The translations under genes were made by a program, and so were the position numbers. A model generated the notes under the pieces. It saw nothing but the letters and a program-made list of their open reading frames with translations. It was not told the origin of the DNA and made no database searches. A DNA stretch of 62,591 nt, counting the filler, from Chrysochromulina tobinii (Eukaryota): NCBI GenBank assembly GCA_001275005.1. It is 11 parts of 11 records of this genome, joined end to end, with 100 filler letters (N's around TTAATTAATTAA, not from the genome) between each part and the next. Parts side by side here need not be neighbours in the genome. Positions count along the whole stretch, not along the records: positions 21,489 to 23,823 come from JWZX01000826.1; positions 23,924 to 27,936 come from JWZX01000827.1; positions 28,037 to 49,861 come from JWZX01000828.1; 8 more parts are not named here. The stretch is one strand, 5' to 3'. Each line of letters opens with the position of its first letter. Position 1 is the first letter of the stretch. Shown here piece by piece: positions 22,631 to 33,167 of the stretch.

Positions 22631-22963
22631 CTTTTCCTTTCCCAAATCCCAAATTGACTTCATCTCCAACGATTCACGAGAACCGTCAACCCGACACGAA
22701 GGGGTGAATGGCACCAACGGCCATCCCGCCACTTCCTGCTTAGAGGGGGTGACCAACCTAAAGTTCAGTAAGCAGAACAGTGTCGACGAGGCCATTACGA
22801 GATAATTACAAGATGCACAGTGGTCGATCTTCTCTCAGAATCTGGAGAATTAGCCTACGCAGCCAAGCTGCTCGGACCCCACCAACACCCTCTACGTTGG
22901 GACGCCACCCGCCACCGTCGACCCACCAATGCGAATAATGCAACAACCACCCCTACACCGCAT

Positions 22964-23823
22964 ATGACATCCTCCCTCCGCCTCCGTGGTAGCGGCACTA
23001 AGAAGGGCAAGAAGACCGCCACTCGCACTCCAACCCGCGGAACATTCGACCCTCTCGACACAGCTGACGACGACGACGAGACCCCAGACGACTCATCGAC
23101 ACTAACATCGACACTTCACCCCGACATTGAAGTCGTCGGCTCCTCCTCGGACCATGCTAGTACCATCTCCCCCTCACTACCTGCACACGCACCCGTGCCG
23201 ACGACGCCTCTCGACCCCTCAGCTGGCACTCGTGAACTCTCACCCACCGCTACCGACCTCGAGGACCTCCGAACTGCCACTGACGCAAATAGAGCCGCCC
23301 TTTGTCACCTTGGCACCGACCTGCACCTGCTCTCCGACGAATTCCGTCAATTCCGTTCTGATCAACGGGCCCGAGATCAGGCACATCAAGACGCGACCAC
23401 ACGCCTCACCCTGCAATTCGAATCGAACTCCCGCGTACAGTCCACCAAAGACGACGGCCACGACGCGTCGCTCGCCGAACTTAGCTCCAGCCTTCGCCTC
23501 TTCACTGAAACCCAAGAAGCGAAGATTGATGAGATGAAGACACTCTTCTCCAACGCACTGCTCAAGATTCAAGGCGTCGCCTCTGGAGACCTCGACGAAC
23601 CGGCACAACACCCACCTACGCCTGACGCACTCAGATCCACACCACCTCTCGCTGGAGCTCCAGGCGCAGATAGATTCACCCACCTCCCTTTCGGACGCGG
23701 TCGTCCCCTCCGCGGTTCCCCCCAACCGCACCCTCGCCTCACGCGCCCGGAGGCAGCCGGCCTATCAAGCTACGCCCGCAACCGTGGCTCTCCCCACCAG
23801 CGCGACTCGCTCGGTGAAAGCCC
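22964..23823 (+). mobile_element. Possible retrotransposon gag-like ORF, 5' part (truncated)
   Basis: Intronless, C/A-rich ORF with disordered N-terminus and coiled coil; composition differs from host genes. No diagnostic motif is visible. Confidence 0.3.
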
Positions 23824-24412
23824 NNNNNNNNNNNNNNNNNNNNNNNNNNNNNNNNNNNNNNNNNNNNTTAATTAATTAANNNNNNNNNNNNNNNNNNNNN
23901 NNNNNNNNNNNNNNNNNNNNNNNCGGCCACGCCTCCGTCCATTGCGATTGCGGCCCCCGTGCTTGGGGGTCCGGAGAGCGTGCGCGTTGTGTGTTTCACA
24001 GCAGCAGCAGCAGCAGCAGGATAATTCCAACACTTCCAATTCATGCCCGACCTTTTTAGTTCGCGGAGCTGTGTTTGGGGGGTTACGGCCCGAAGCATAC
24101 TATATGCAATTCGCAACGGCGACGTCCGGTGCCGACCACCCCTAGACACAGGCGCGCCTGCCAGGACGCGCGTTCACACATCCCTCTCTCAAGCCACTTC
24201 GTTTCGAACGAATGGCTGTCCCTCTCCGCCACTGGACGGACTCGGCCCTCCTGGCCGGCATCGACTACGATGCCATCCCATCGCCGACGCCTCCACCCGG
24301 CGTCGCGCCCGCGACCAGGCCTCAGCCTGCCGCATTTCTTCTTTTTCCCCGCCCCATGCGCAGCATTCCCACCGCCTGGCTCCTCATCTCTTGGCCTCTC
24401 CCCACAGCCGCC

Positions 24413-25394
24413 TCACGCGGCGTGGCTGAACGAGCACGTCTTGAATGGGCACGCCTTCCCCTCCGCGAGGTACTTACACCGGTCCCCCAGCGGGTTCCCT
24501 CCCGCCTTCCGCGGCAGCTTGTTCGGCCCGACGGCCCCCTCCTCATCCGCGTACCTCCCGCCCCCCCTGGGCGTCTCCTCCCCCTTCTGCTTCTTCTTCC
24601 CCTCCTCCCCTCCCGAGCGCCTCGAGCTGCCTCTTGCGCCTCTCCTCCTCCTTCTTCTTCTTCTTCTTCTGCGCGTCTGTCAGCTCCCCACCGGGCTGCA
24701 GCAGCTTCTTCTCCCGCGCGCCGAGCGCCATCGCGTTCTGCACCATCTGCGGCACCGTCGACATCGTCTGCGCCATCGCCAGCGAGAGCGTCGTCCCCCC
24801 GAGGCTCGTCGCCTTGAACAGCGCCGTCGCCAGTGCCGCACACACGTGCCCATACTCGGCGTTCGACATCACGTCGCGCTTCTCCTCCAGCTGCGCCAGC
24901 AGATCCTCCGCCACGTTCGCGTTCGCCCACTGCGACTTGTACGGCGGCCTCAGATCTTTGGCGCCCGCACCGTCGTCGCGCTTGTCGGCCGGCGCCACCA
25001 CGCCCGCCGTCACGAGCACACAGCCCATGAGCATCCGCCGAAACTGCACGAGGTTGCCGTCGGTGCTCACCGCCGCCAGCTTTGTGAACGCGTACCTATT
25101 CGGGTCCGGGAAGCACTTCTCGCTCACCACCCAGTACCCGATGCGCTTCATCTGACTCAGCGTCGCCTTCTCGTACGGCTGCATCCTGAGGTTGTACATC
25201 TCCTTCAGCAGCTCGCACTTGGTCCTCACCGACTCGGCATCGAAGCCGACCAGCGTCATCTCGCGGTCCTCCTCCGACTGCGTGGTCACTGTGAGCGTCC
25301 CCTTCTGGATCGCCGCCGCGTCCCCCACCACGCCTCCTCTCTCCTCCTTCTTCAGCCGCTCGCACAATGCAGCCAACCGCCGCATGATCTCCAT
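24413..25394 (-). CDS. Gag-like ORF ending in a CCCH zinc finger (one frameshift near 24610)
   Basis: After a 1-nt shift, ORF 24543..25463 continues as GEEGKKKQK...LPRKAGGNPLGDRCKYLAEGKACPFKTCSFSHAA*. Confidence 0.65.
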
Positions 25395-25438
25395 CCTACT
25401 CTCGCCATGGCGGCTCCCACCGATCAGCCGACCGCCCG

Positions 25439-27706
25439 ATGGGAGGCCTCCTCGTCCTCCCACCCGACCAACGGCGCGTCTCGGTCGTTCAAGGCTTCCG
25501 CGCTCATTTGGACGCCGCAGCCGTACTCAGCTTCCCTCTCGACCAGCGCCTCCGCGCCAGTTCTCTACCGCCGGACGTTGCCATAGCCATCTCCGTTGCA
25601 ATGCGCCTCGGCGCCAGCCTCCAAGTCGCCCGCCGCGAGATCCTCGCCGCCCTCATCGACGTCTCCGCACGCCTCCGCAATCTCTCCACCCGCATCTCCT
25701 CCCTTATGCCTCCCTCTGTCCACCGAATCTCCGGTCGCGTCCACGTCGCCCTCATGGCCGCCATCATCGACGCACTCGGCTGGCTGGACACTTCCCTCCC
25801 TGAGCGCTTCGTCTACGGTTTCCCCATTGTTGGTTCCATTCCCGACAGTGGCGTATACCGACCTATCGACCCCGGCTCTCTTGACGACCACCTCGCCCGT
25901 CTCCACCTCTTCAACTCCACCGCTCGTACATGGTCCCGTCGTCTCCACCGCGACCTTGAATACCGCCAGTGGGTTGCTTCGCACGAAGCCCGCGAAGCCG
26001 ATCTCGCCGTTGCGATCCAGACGCGCAAAGAGCTCTCCAAAGGCGTGGTCGTCGGGCCCTTCGACTCCGTCGAAGCCCTTCACGACTCCGTCTCCTCTCT
26101 CTTTCCCCACCTCCCTCGACTCGCCACCGTGCCGCGCCCCTGCCGTCGCTTCGGCGTCCGCCAGAAGGGCAAGATCCGCGCCATCGACGATGCGAAGGGC
26201 AACGGCGCCAATGCCGCCACACGTCTCGTTGAGACCATCACCTCCCCAAGCTTCTCCTACCCCGCCGTCGTCGCCCGCGCCGTCACCGTGGTCGCCGAAT
26301 CCTCCGACCCTCCCCTACCGACTCCGCCAATGACGCTCAGTCTGAGCGACCTGGCCATGGCCTACCGCCTGATCCCCTGCTCCCAGCCGTGGTTCACGAC
26401 CTTCGGCTTCTTCGACCCAACGGTTGTTCCCCCGCGACCTCAATACTACTGGCTGCCAGGCCACACCTTCGGCCACGCCGCCTCCGTCGTCAACTTCAAC
26501 AGGTTCGGCGAACTCCTCGTCATCGCCGCCCGTGCGCTCGCGGCCGTCCCAGTCGAGCACTACGTTGACGACTTCATCATCCCAGACCTCTCCCTCGGCG
26601 GCAGGTCCGGTCTCGACGTCCTCGAAACCCTGGTCCTCCAACTTGGCGCCGGCTTCCGCCGACCGCCCGGCACCCTCGCGCGAGCCCCTGAGCTCGACCC
26701 AGAGAAGACAGCCGAGCCAGCCTGGGCCAACACCCTCCTTGGCGTCGTCGCCGACCTCTCTGATGTTAGCACGCCTACCGCCGCCGTCCACTTCCACGTC
26801 AACGCCTCCCGCGTCGACCTCATTCTGCACGAATTCGACGCTGCCTTTCGCGCCGGCGTCCTCACCCCACATGAGGCCTCCCGCCTCCGCGGCAAGCTTT
26901 ACTTCGTACTCTCCGCCGCCCTCGCCTCCGTCGGACGGGCAGCCACCCTCCCTCTCGTGCAGCGTCAATACAGGGACTCGTCCAACGTCTTCCTGCCCGA
27001 CTCCGAGTTGCACCACTCCCTCCTTTTCTTTCGCGCCCTCCTTCCTGCGCTCCCGCGCCTCTCCATCTCCCTCATTCCTCCTTCCGAGCCCCCCCTCATC
27101 ATCTACAGCGACGCCTCCTTCTCTCGCCGCCGGCGGCCCTCCGCCCCCGAGTGCTCCGACACCTCAGACATCCGCCGCCTCCGCGGCGCCCTCGGCGCTG
27201 TCGTCTTCGACCCAACCGACGGCTCCGTCCGTTTCGCCCACGCCGAACCCAACTGGGCCCTTCTCCTATCCTCCTGGGCCACCGATCGGAAGACCTACAT
27301 CGCGGAACTCGAGACCTTAGCCGCCGTGTCCACCTACAACACGTACGGCTCTCTCATCCAGGGGCGCAAGGTGCTTCACTTCATCGACAACACCGTCGCC
27401 CTCTCCGCGCTCATCCACGGTTACTCCGGCAAGCCCGAGCTCGCCAAGATGGTCAACATCTTCTACCTTCAGATGATCGGCCTTCGCGCCTCAGTCTTTT
27501 TCGACTATGTACCCTCCAAAGCCAACATCGCTGACCTTCCCTCCCGGGGAGACATCGCCCGCCTCCGGCTCGAGCTCCGTGGTCTATCCATCCGCGGCGG
27601 CTCTCCCGACCTCCTCGCGGTCCCGTCCATCGCCGACTGGTCTTCCGACCTCTCCGCATGGACTCGCCGCCATACCCTCAGGTCCTCAACCCGCCTCCCC
27701 GTCTGA
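25439..27706 (+). mobile_element. DIRS/Ngaro-type retroelement pol: reverse transcriptase + RNase H
   Basis: RT motifs GKIRAIDD, DLAMAYRLIP, FGHAASVVNFNR, HYVDDF; RNase H motifs IYSDAS, IAELETLA, FIDNTVA, YVPSKANIADLPSRG. Confidence 0.9.
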
Positions 27707-28234
27707 GGCTTCGACCCTCTCCCTCTCCATCTTCCCTCCTCACACTCGTCTCTCGTCACCGGGCTGCTCTTGTCGCTCCTGCGCCACCTGCGGCACGCTG
27801 TCGGGCAGGCGCCTACGCTCGAGTAGAGTAGACCAGACCAACCTTTCATGACATTTGTAGCCGTCCGGGTCCCTTCTATCCCCCGATCCCGGCTCCTCTC
27901 CTCTGTCAGCCTCATAGGTTACTGGCCTCCGGCATCNNNNNNNNNNNNNNNNNNNNNNNNNNNNNNNNNNNNNNNNNNNNTTAATTAATTAANNNNNNNN
28001 NNNNNNNNNNNNNNNNNNNNNNNNNNNNNNNNNNNNGCTCTCCATGTGTGAGGTCGCGTGAACGGTTTCTTGGGTGGAAAGGCCGCGTCTAGCGGTTCAC
28101 AGATCAGAAATTCAGCCCCCTGGTTATGTGTTCGTCGCTCGCGCCATAGGCCTCCGACGTACCCCGCGTACAGAACACAAGCGACTCACGCCTTTGGGGG
28201 TCGGCCTAGTCGCGGCCACTACCACGCCACCCGC

Positions 28235-29256
28235 ATGCTCATATCTTTCGCTTCCGTGGTCGGCCTAGCCGCTGCACCCAGCTTCGACTCTTTCTTGACG
28301 ATGGCTGTTGGCCGATGGAAGGGCGCCAGCTACACGTGGCAGGCGTTTGAATCGGACGGTGCTCGGCCTCTCGGGGTGGCACCAGGGTATGTGACCACCC
28401 CGCTCGCCAGCACAACGACGGTCAGCGAAGTCATGCGGTCGTGTGGCGGTGCGGTTCAAGGAGTTGAAGAAGCTCGCACCGGCCCGCAGCCGACGAAAAT
28501 CATGCTCAACCGCCAAGTCGACGGCACAACTTTCTTCACATACGGAAGCTGGGCACAGGCGCCCCCAATACTGAGCCTTCCGGGTGCTGCTGATGGCGAC
28601 ATGCTCGCCTCTACGAACGCCTTCGGCATCAGCGTGTGCCTTGCCCACGGAGATCGATCCCGACGTCGCTTGCTCGCGGTCGTAGCCGACGGCCAGCTTG
28701 CATGCTGCGACTTGACCATCGAGGGCTTTGAATCCGCAGAGGGCTCGGTGCGCGATTTGTTTGGTCTTGCTTTCATCGGAGGTAACGCATGACTGACGAG
28801 CATGACTGATTTGTGTTTATTCGTGTTTGCACGCAGACTTCAGTGGCCGACACGTTGCTCAACGGACGGATGCAGTGCGTGGTCGAGGCCAGAGCCTGGG
28901 AGGGCGGAGCGTCGTCCCTCATGCTTGAAGGCACGCTGCCCGAAGGTGCAGACAGCTGGATCAATGCTCGCACGCGATGGACAACGTCCGAGGCGCCAAT
29001 TGAGGGTGGCGCGCCGCTCATTCCAAGGCGGCACACGGACGATGAGGCATCGACCCGCATCGCGTATCTTCCTGGAGGATGTTGGCTTCGCGTGGCCAAA
29101 GCTTGGACGCGTGGCGATGGCGGTTACGAGAGTGGCATCGAGTTCGAGGCGGGTTCCCTCTCACCCGAGGCCGGGGAGGTGAAAACCATCAGTCACGCCT
29201 TCTCTTCGGATGGCGTGCTGCGACGCGTGCGCTTCTTCAAGGTGGAGGCCATCTGA
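28235..29256 (+). CDS. Hypothetical protein with signal peptide, 2 exons (intron 28748-28836)
   Basis: ORFs 28058..28792 and 28813..29256 join via TCG|gtgcgc...cgcag|ACT; beta-rich, GRWKG start. Confidence 0.6.
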
Positions 29257-29592
29257 GCGCGGGTGTGCGGCGGCTGTGGCGTTTACGACTTGCGCGCGAC
29301 GCGCCGGCGCGGTCTTGCCCCGCTGCCGCGGTGCGCGGAAGGAACGAATAACGAAGGCGTCCACTAGCGCTGCCGGTGCGCCGCGTTTGGCGCGTTAGCG
29401 AGTACAAGTAAATTTGGCGTTAGAATGCAAGACGTGATGGTTCTATACGACAACTTCCAGCATGTTGAGGTCTGTAGGCACTCATGCTCCCACATATCTC
29501 TTGATCATCATGTGCCACATTGCTGACATTCCTCTCAGGTCTGTAGAGCAGAGCTCTCACGACTTGTGAACTGCGCATGTGCTTGTGGATGT

Positions 29593-29890
29593 CTACTTCT
29601 GCTGCTGCTGCTGCTGCTCCTGGAGTGCGCGCTTGCGCGCACGTTCCTCGTCGCGCTTGATTGCCCAGTCTTGCCTCATATCGCCCTTTGTCTCGAATAG
29701 GACTTTATTCATCATCGCCTTGCGCTCCTTGAGACGCTCCTCATCCTCAGGCCCAAACTTTTCACGGAGCTTGGCCTTCGCAGCCTCCGACGCAAGCAGC
29801 TCTTCCCTGCTGAGCTGCGTCTTACCACCAGTATAGGCAAACGCCGCGAGCGAAGGCACGACGAAGAGTAGCGTGTAGAAGACAGTTAGC
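29593..29890 (-). CDS. Last exon of a small single-pass membrane protein with charged tail
   Basis: Acceptor tttgcgcag, then LTVFYTLLFVVPSLAAFAY (TM) and a charged helix; first exon not resolved. Confidence 0.5.
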
Positions 29891-30540
29891 TGCGCAAATA
29901 CATGGTGGCATCGGGAAGTCAGTTTGGTGCGATCACATGCAGCTAGTGAGATGCGCCCGTCACCTTCGAATTGAGCACCATGCCACGGTACACTATGGGT
30001 TTCGGCCCACCCGCCGTCACTCCTGGGACCTGGTGCCCAGGCGGCGGCGCGAAGCGTTCCGACGGCAAGCGTGTTGACAGTGCTCTTCTCCACATCGTCG
30101 ACATTTTTCACAGATCTCCTGGGAATTTTCACGGAAACAAGGAGAGGCTGGGCAGATCTTAGACTTTCCGAGCTCTTCACAGCCCCTGTGGATTTTTGTA
30201 ATAACTCGACACCTCCCGAGACACACCGGACCGGCGTAACGGCAATTGCGTAACGGATGCAGTTAGAGTTACCCTGGACCCTTACCACAGCTCCACATAC
30301 CGGTACTCGAACAGCCGCCGGGCCGGGCCGCTTATCGTTTTAGCCCCGCCCTTCGCCTAAAGCGCGTCCACGACGAGCGGGCGGCGGATTGATGGCTTGG
30401 AATGCGATGGCGCCAGTGCTCGCGATGCGAACTCGGGGATCCGCGGTCTCATTGTCCTGTACCGCTGTACGGTGGGACAGTCGCTATCACTATGCTCTGG
30501 TCCGCCGGAGCCCTCGTCTCTTGGCCACCCTCAGGCAGGC

Positions 30541-32844
30541 CTAACGCGCCGACTCGCCGCTGCCCTGCTGCGCGATCCATTCCAATCGAGCCGCCTCCTT
30601 CTTGGCTGCCCGCTCCTGCTTCCGAGCCATCACCGCTGCATGCGCTGCCGCGGCCTCACCCTCTTTGTCGGCCGCCTCGCCAACCTTGTCGGCGACCAGA
30701 CGCTTCTGAGTGGCCACGCGTTTGGCCGTGGCTCCTCCGATGGCCGCCTTGGCTTCGGCCTGCTCCGCTTCCAACTTGGAGGTTTCGGCCTTGAGGCGCG
30801 CCGCTTCGGCGTTATCGGCGAGGCGCACAGCCTTGAGCCGTTCAGCTTCAGCCTTCTCGGCGGCCGCCGTCTTCCTCGCCTCCTCGGCCCTCTTTTTCTC
30901 CCTCATTGGGTTGGTCTTCTTCCGAGCGGCTCCCCCTCGGGCGTGTGCTTGAATGGTCTCCGTCGCCTCTGCTCGCTGCTTAGCCTTCTTCCTGCCCCTC
31001 TTGCCCCGTGCGCGAGACTGGATCTTGACGGCCGACGGCCCTCGTCTCCTGGCCTCTTCGGCCTCAGCATACTCGGCGGCAGCCACACGCACAGCCTCCG
31101 CCTCCTCGGCAGCCACACGCACAGCCTCCGCCTCCTCGGCAGCCACACGCACAGCCTCCGCCTCCTCGGCAGCCACACGCACAGCCTCCGCCTCCTCGGC
31201 TGCCACACGCACAGCCTCCGCCTCCTCGGTTGCCACACGCTCCGCCTCCGCCTCCTCGGTTGCCACACGCACAGCCCCCGCCTCCTCGGCTGCCACACGC
31301 ACAGCCTCCGCCTCCTCGGCTGCCACACGCACAGCCCCCGCCTCCTCGGCTGCCACACGCACAGCCTCCGCCTCCTTGGTTGCCACACGCTCCGCATCCG
31401 CATCCTCGGCTGCCACACGCCCAGCCTCCGCCTCCTCGGCTGCCACATGCTCAGAAAGTTTCTCCTCGGCTGGCTCATGATGCCCAGAGTCTGCGGCAGT
31501 CTCCGTATCCACGTGATCCACATGCTTGGCCTCCTGTGTGGACTCGTCACCTGCCGCCTCCTCTGTGGCTACATTCACCTCCCTGTTCACCTCTGAGGCT
31601 GCAATCACCTGCACATTCACCAGCGTCGCCTCTTCTGCAGAGGACTCCTTCGACTCTTCCTTAGTTGGCTGATCCTTTGGCACTTCCCGAGCTGGCGTTA
31701 GAACCGGAGCTGTGCGGAGCTCCGACATCTCTCCATGCTCGTCGGGGATGTCCTTGTGTGTGTCCTGTCTCGTCTCCTCGTCCTGAACCACGATCGTATC
31801 CACAATCGTCCCCACTGCCTCCTGAATCGCCAGATGCTGGGCGGGCGCCTCGCTTCCCGGCGGCAAGTGCGACGCCACATCAGCCAGAGCAGTATTACCA
31901 TCCTCAGTGCCAGCACTGTACCTATCACTGTGCCTATCACTGTGCCGCTTGCTATCTGACCGACGAGGCTCTTCGTGCTGTAACGGAGACAGGTAAGACT
32001 TGGCGAGCGTCTCATCACTGCGAGTGCGCGTGCGAGCGCGAGTGTAACTAACAGGCGTTCTGGCCTCCAGCATGCCTTCCCCCCCTTGATCCTGCTGACG
32101 GCTGCCTTCTGTAAGCCCTTCTGCATTTGGAGGCTTGATCGAGGTGGCTGACACCATCTCCTCCATCACGCCATCACTACGTCGGTGACTATCGTCAAGG
32201 AAAGCGACGGTGCTAGGCGTCCTGGCCCTCGGCTCGGCCGTCCTGCTACTTGCTGCCAGATCCAGAACGACAGCTGGGTCAGCGCTAAGGTCCTTGCTAA
32301 GGTCAGCGCCTTCGTCCGCGACCTTCATCGCTACATGTACCAGGAAGAGCTCATCCTTCTCCTCGAGCAACGGCCGCCGCATTGCGCGGGAGGCTCGCCG
32401 GGAAGAGGGCAGGGGCTTGAGACTTGTAGGTGGACGCGAGAGATCACCGAAGAGCATCTCGTGGATGAGCGTGCCAGAGGTCAAAGGCCGACCGTCGAGG
32501 CCGAATGGGGTTGGCGGAGGGAGTTCGAAGATCTTTGAGCATGGAGGTAGCTTCAGCCTCGGGGTGATCCCTCGTGAAACCAGCCCTCGATCTAGCCGAC
32601 GCATTTCAGGCGAGCCGTTGGCGATCCGCACGGTCAGCAGGCGCGACAAGCTCGCTGCTCGTCTGGTTGCCCACACACGGCGCTCAGCTTGAAGTTGTTG
32701 CAGAGTCAATTGGAGATGCCTCGGATCATCAGCTTTTGACGAGGCTGATCTGAGATGTGCGAGCCGAGGAGATTTAACTCTGGGCGAAAATGAACCTCTG
32801 ATCGGACCGAGTGGCGACAACACATCGATGTTCAGGCGTTCCAT
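30541..32844 (-). CDS. IQ-motif (calmodulin-binding) protein with Ala/Glu repeats
   Basis: IQSRARGKRGRK and IQAHARGGAARK; about 12 copies of EEAEAVRVAA. Confidence 0.7.
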   Translation of the reverse strand: MERLNIDVLSPLGPIRGSFSPRVKSPRLAHLRSASSKADDPRHLQLTLQQLQAERRVWATRRAASLSRLLTVRIANGSPEMRRLDRGLVSRGITPRLKLPPCSKIFELPPPTPFGLDGRPLTSGTLIHEMLFGDLSRPPTSLKPLPSSRRASRAMRRPLLEEKDELFLVHVAMKVADEGADLSKDLSADPAVVLDLAASSRTAEPRARTPSTVAFLDDSHRRSDGVMEEMVSATSIKPPNAEGLTEGSRQQDQGGEGMLEARTPVSYTRARTRTRSDETLAKSYLSPLQHEEPRRSDSKRHSDRHSDRYSAGTEDGNTALADVASHLPPGSEAPAQHLAIQEAVGTIVDTIVVQDEETRQDTHKDIPDEHGEMSELRTAPVLTPAREVPKDQPTKEESKESSAEEATLVNVQVIAASEVNREVNVATEEAAGDESTQEAKHVDHVDTETAADSGHHEPAEEKLSEHVAAEEAEAGRVAAEDADAERVATKEAEAVRVAAEEAGAVRVAAEEAEAVRVAAEEAGAVRVATEEAEAERVATEEAEAVRVAAEEAEAVRVAAEEAEAVRVAAEEAEAVRVAAEEAEAVRVAAAEYAEAEEARRRGPSAVKIQSRARGKRGRKKAKQRAEATETIQAHARGGAARKKTNPMREKKRAEEARKTAAAEKAEAERLKAVRLADNAEAARLKAETSKLEAEQAEAKAAIGGATAKRVATQKRLVADKVGEAADKEGEAAAAHAAVMARKQERAAKKEAARLEWIAQQGSGESAR
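31073..31447. repeat. 30-bp coding tandem repeat (~12 copies)
   Basis: GCCACACGCACAGCCTCCGCCTCCTCGGC(A/T) units. Confidence 0.92.
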
Positions 32845-33167
32845 TGTGCTGAAGAATCCGTTACAATTACTATGAGTTTGCATGCACTGAGTCCACTCTC
32901 TTCCGGAAGCGGATCGACACGAGCCGGCTCTCCGAGTAGCGATCCGAGTGTCAACAGCCAATGCACAGCCAAAAAATTAGAAATTCTCCCGACGCCTGTA
33001 AAAACCTAAAGAGTACAACAATCATGCGTCCTTCCAAGATAATTCCGAGTAGGAGATCCGTCACACGCCTGCAATTTGCGCCCTGCCATAGATTCCTCGA
33101 GTATTGACAGCCAATTCACAGCCACATTGGTTGCTCTTCCCATTCACACTTCAAGGGCTTCATTGAC

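Noticed and set aside
22184..22805. KHKHK / CLCLCF ORFs
   Set aside because: Translations of a T/G microsatellite.
31073..31447. 30-bp repeat array as CRISPR
   Set aside because: No unique spacers; it is an in-frame coding repeat in a eukaryotic gene.
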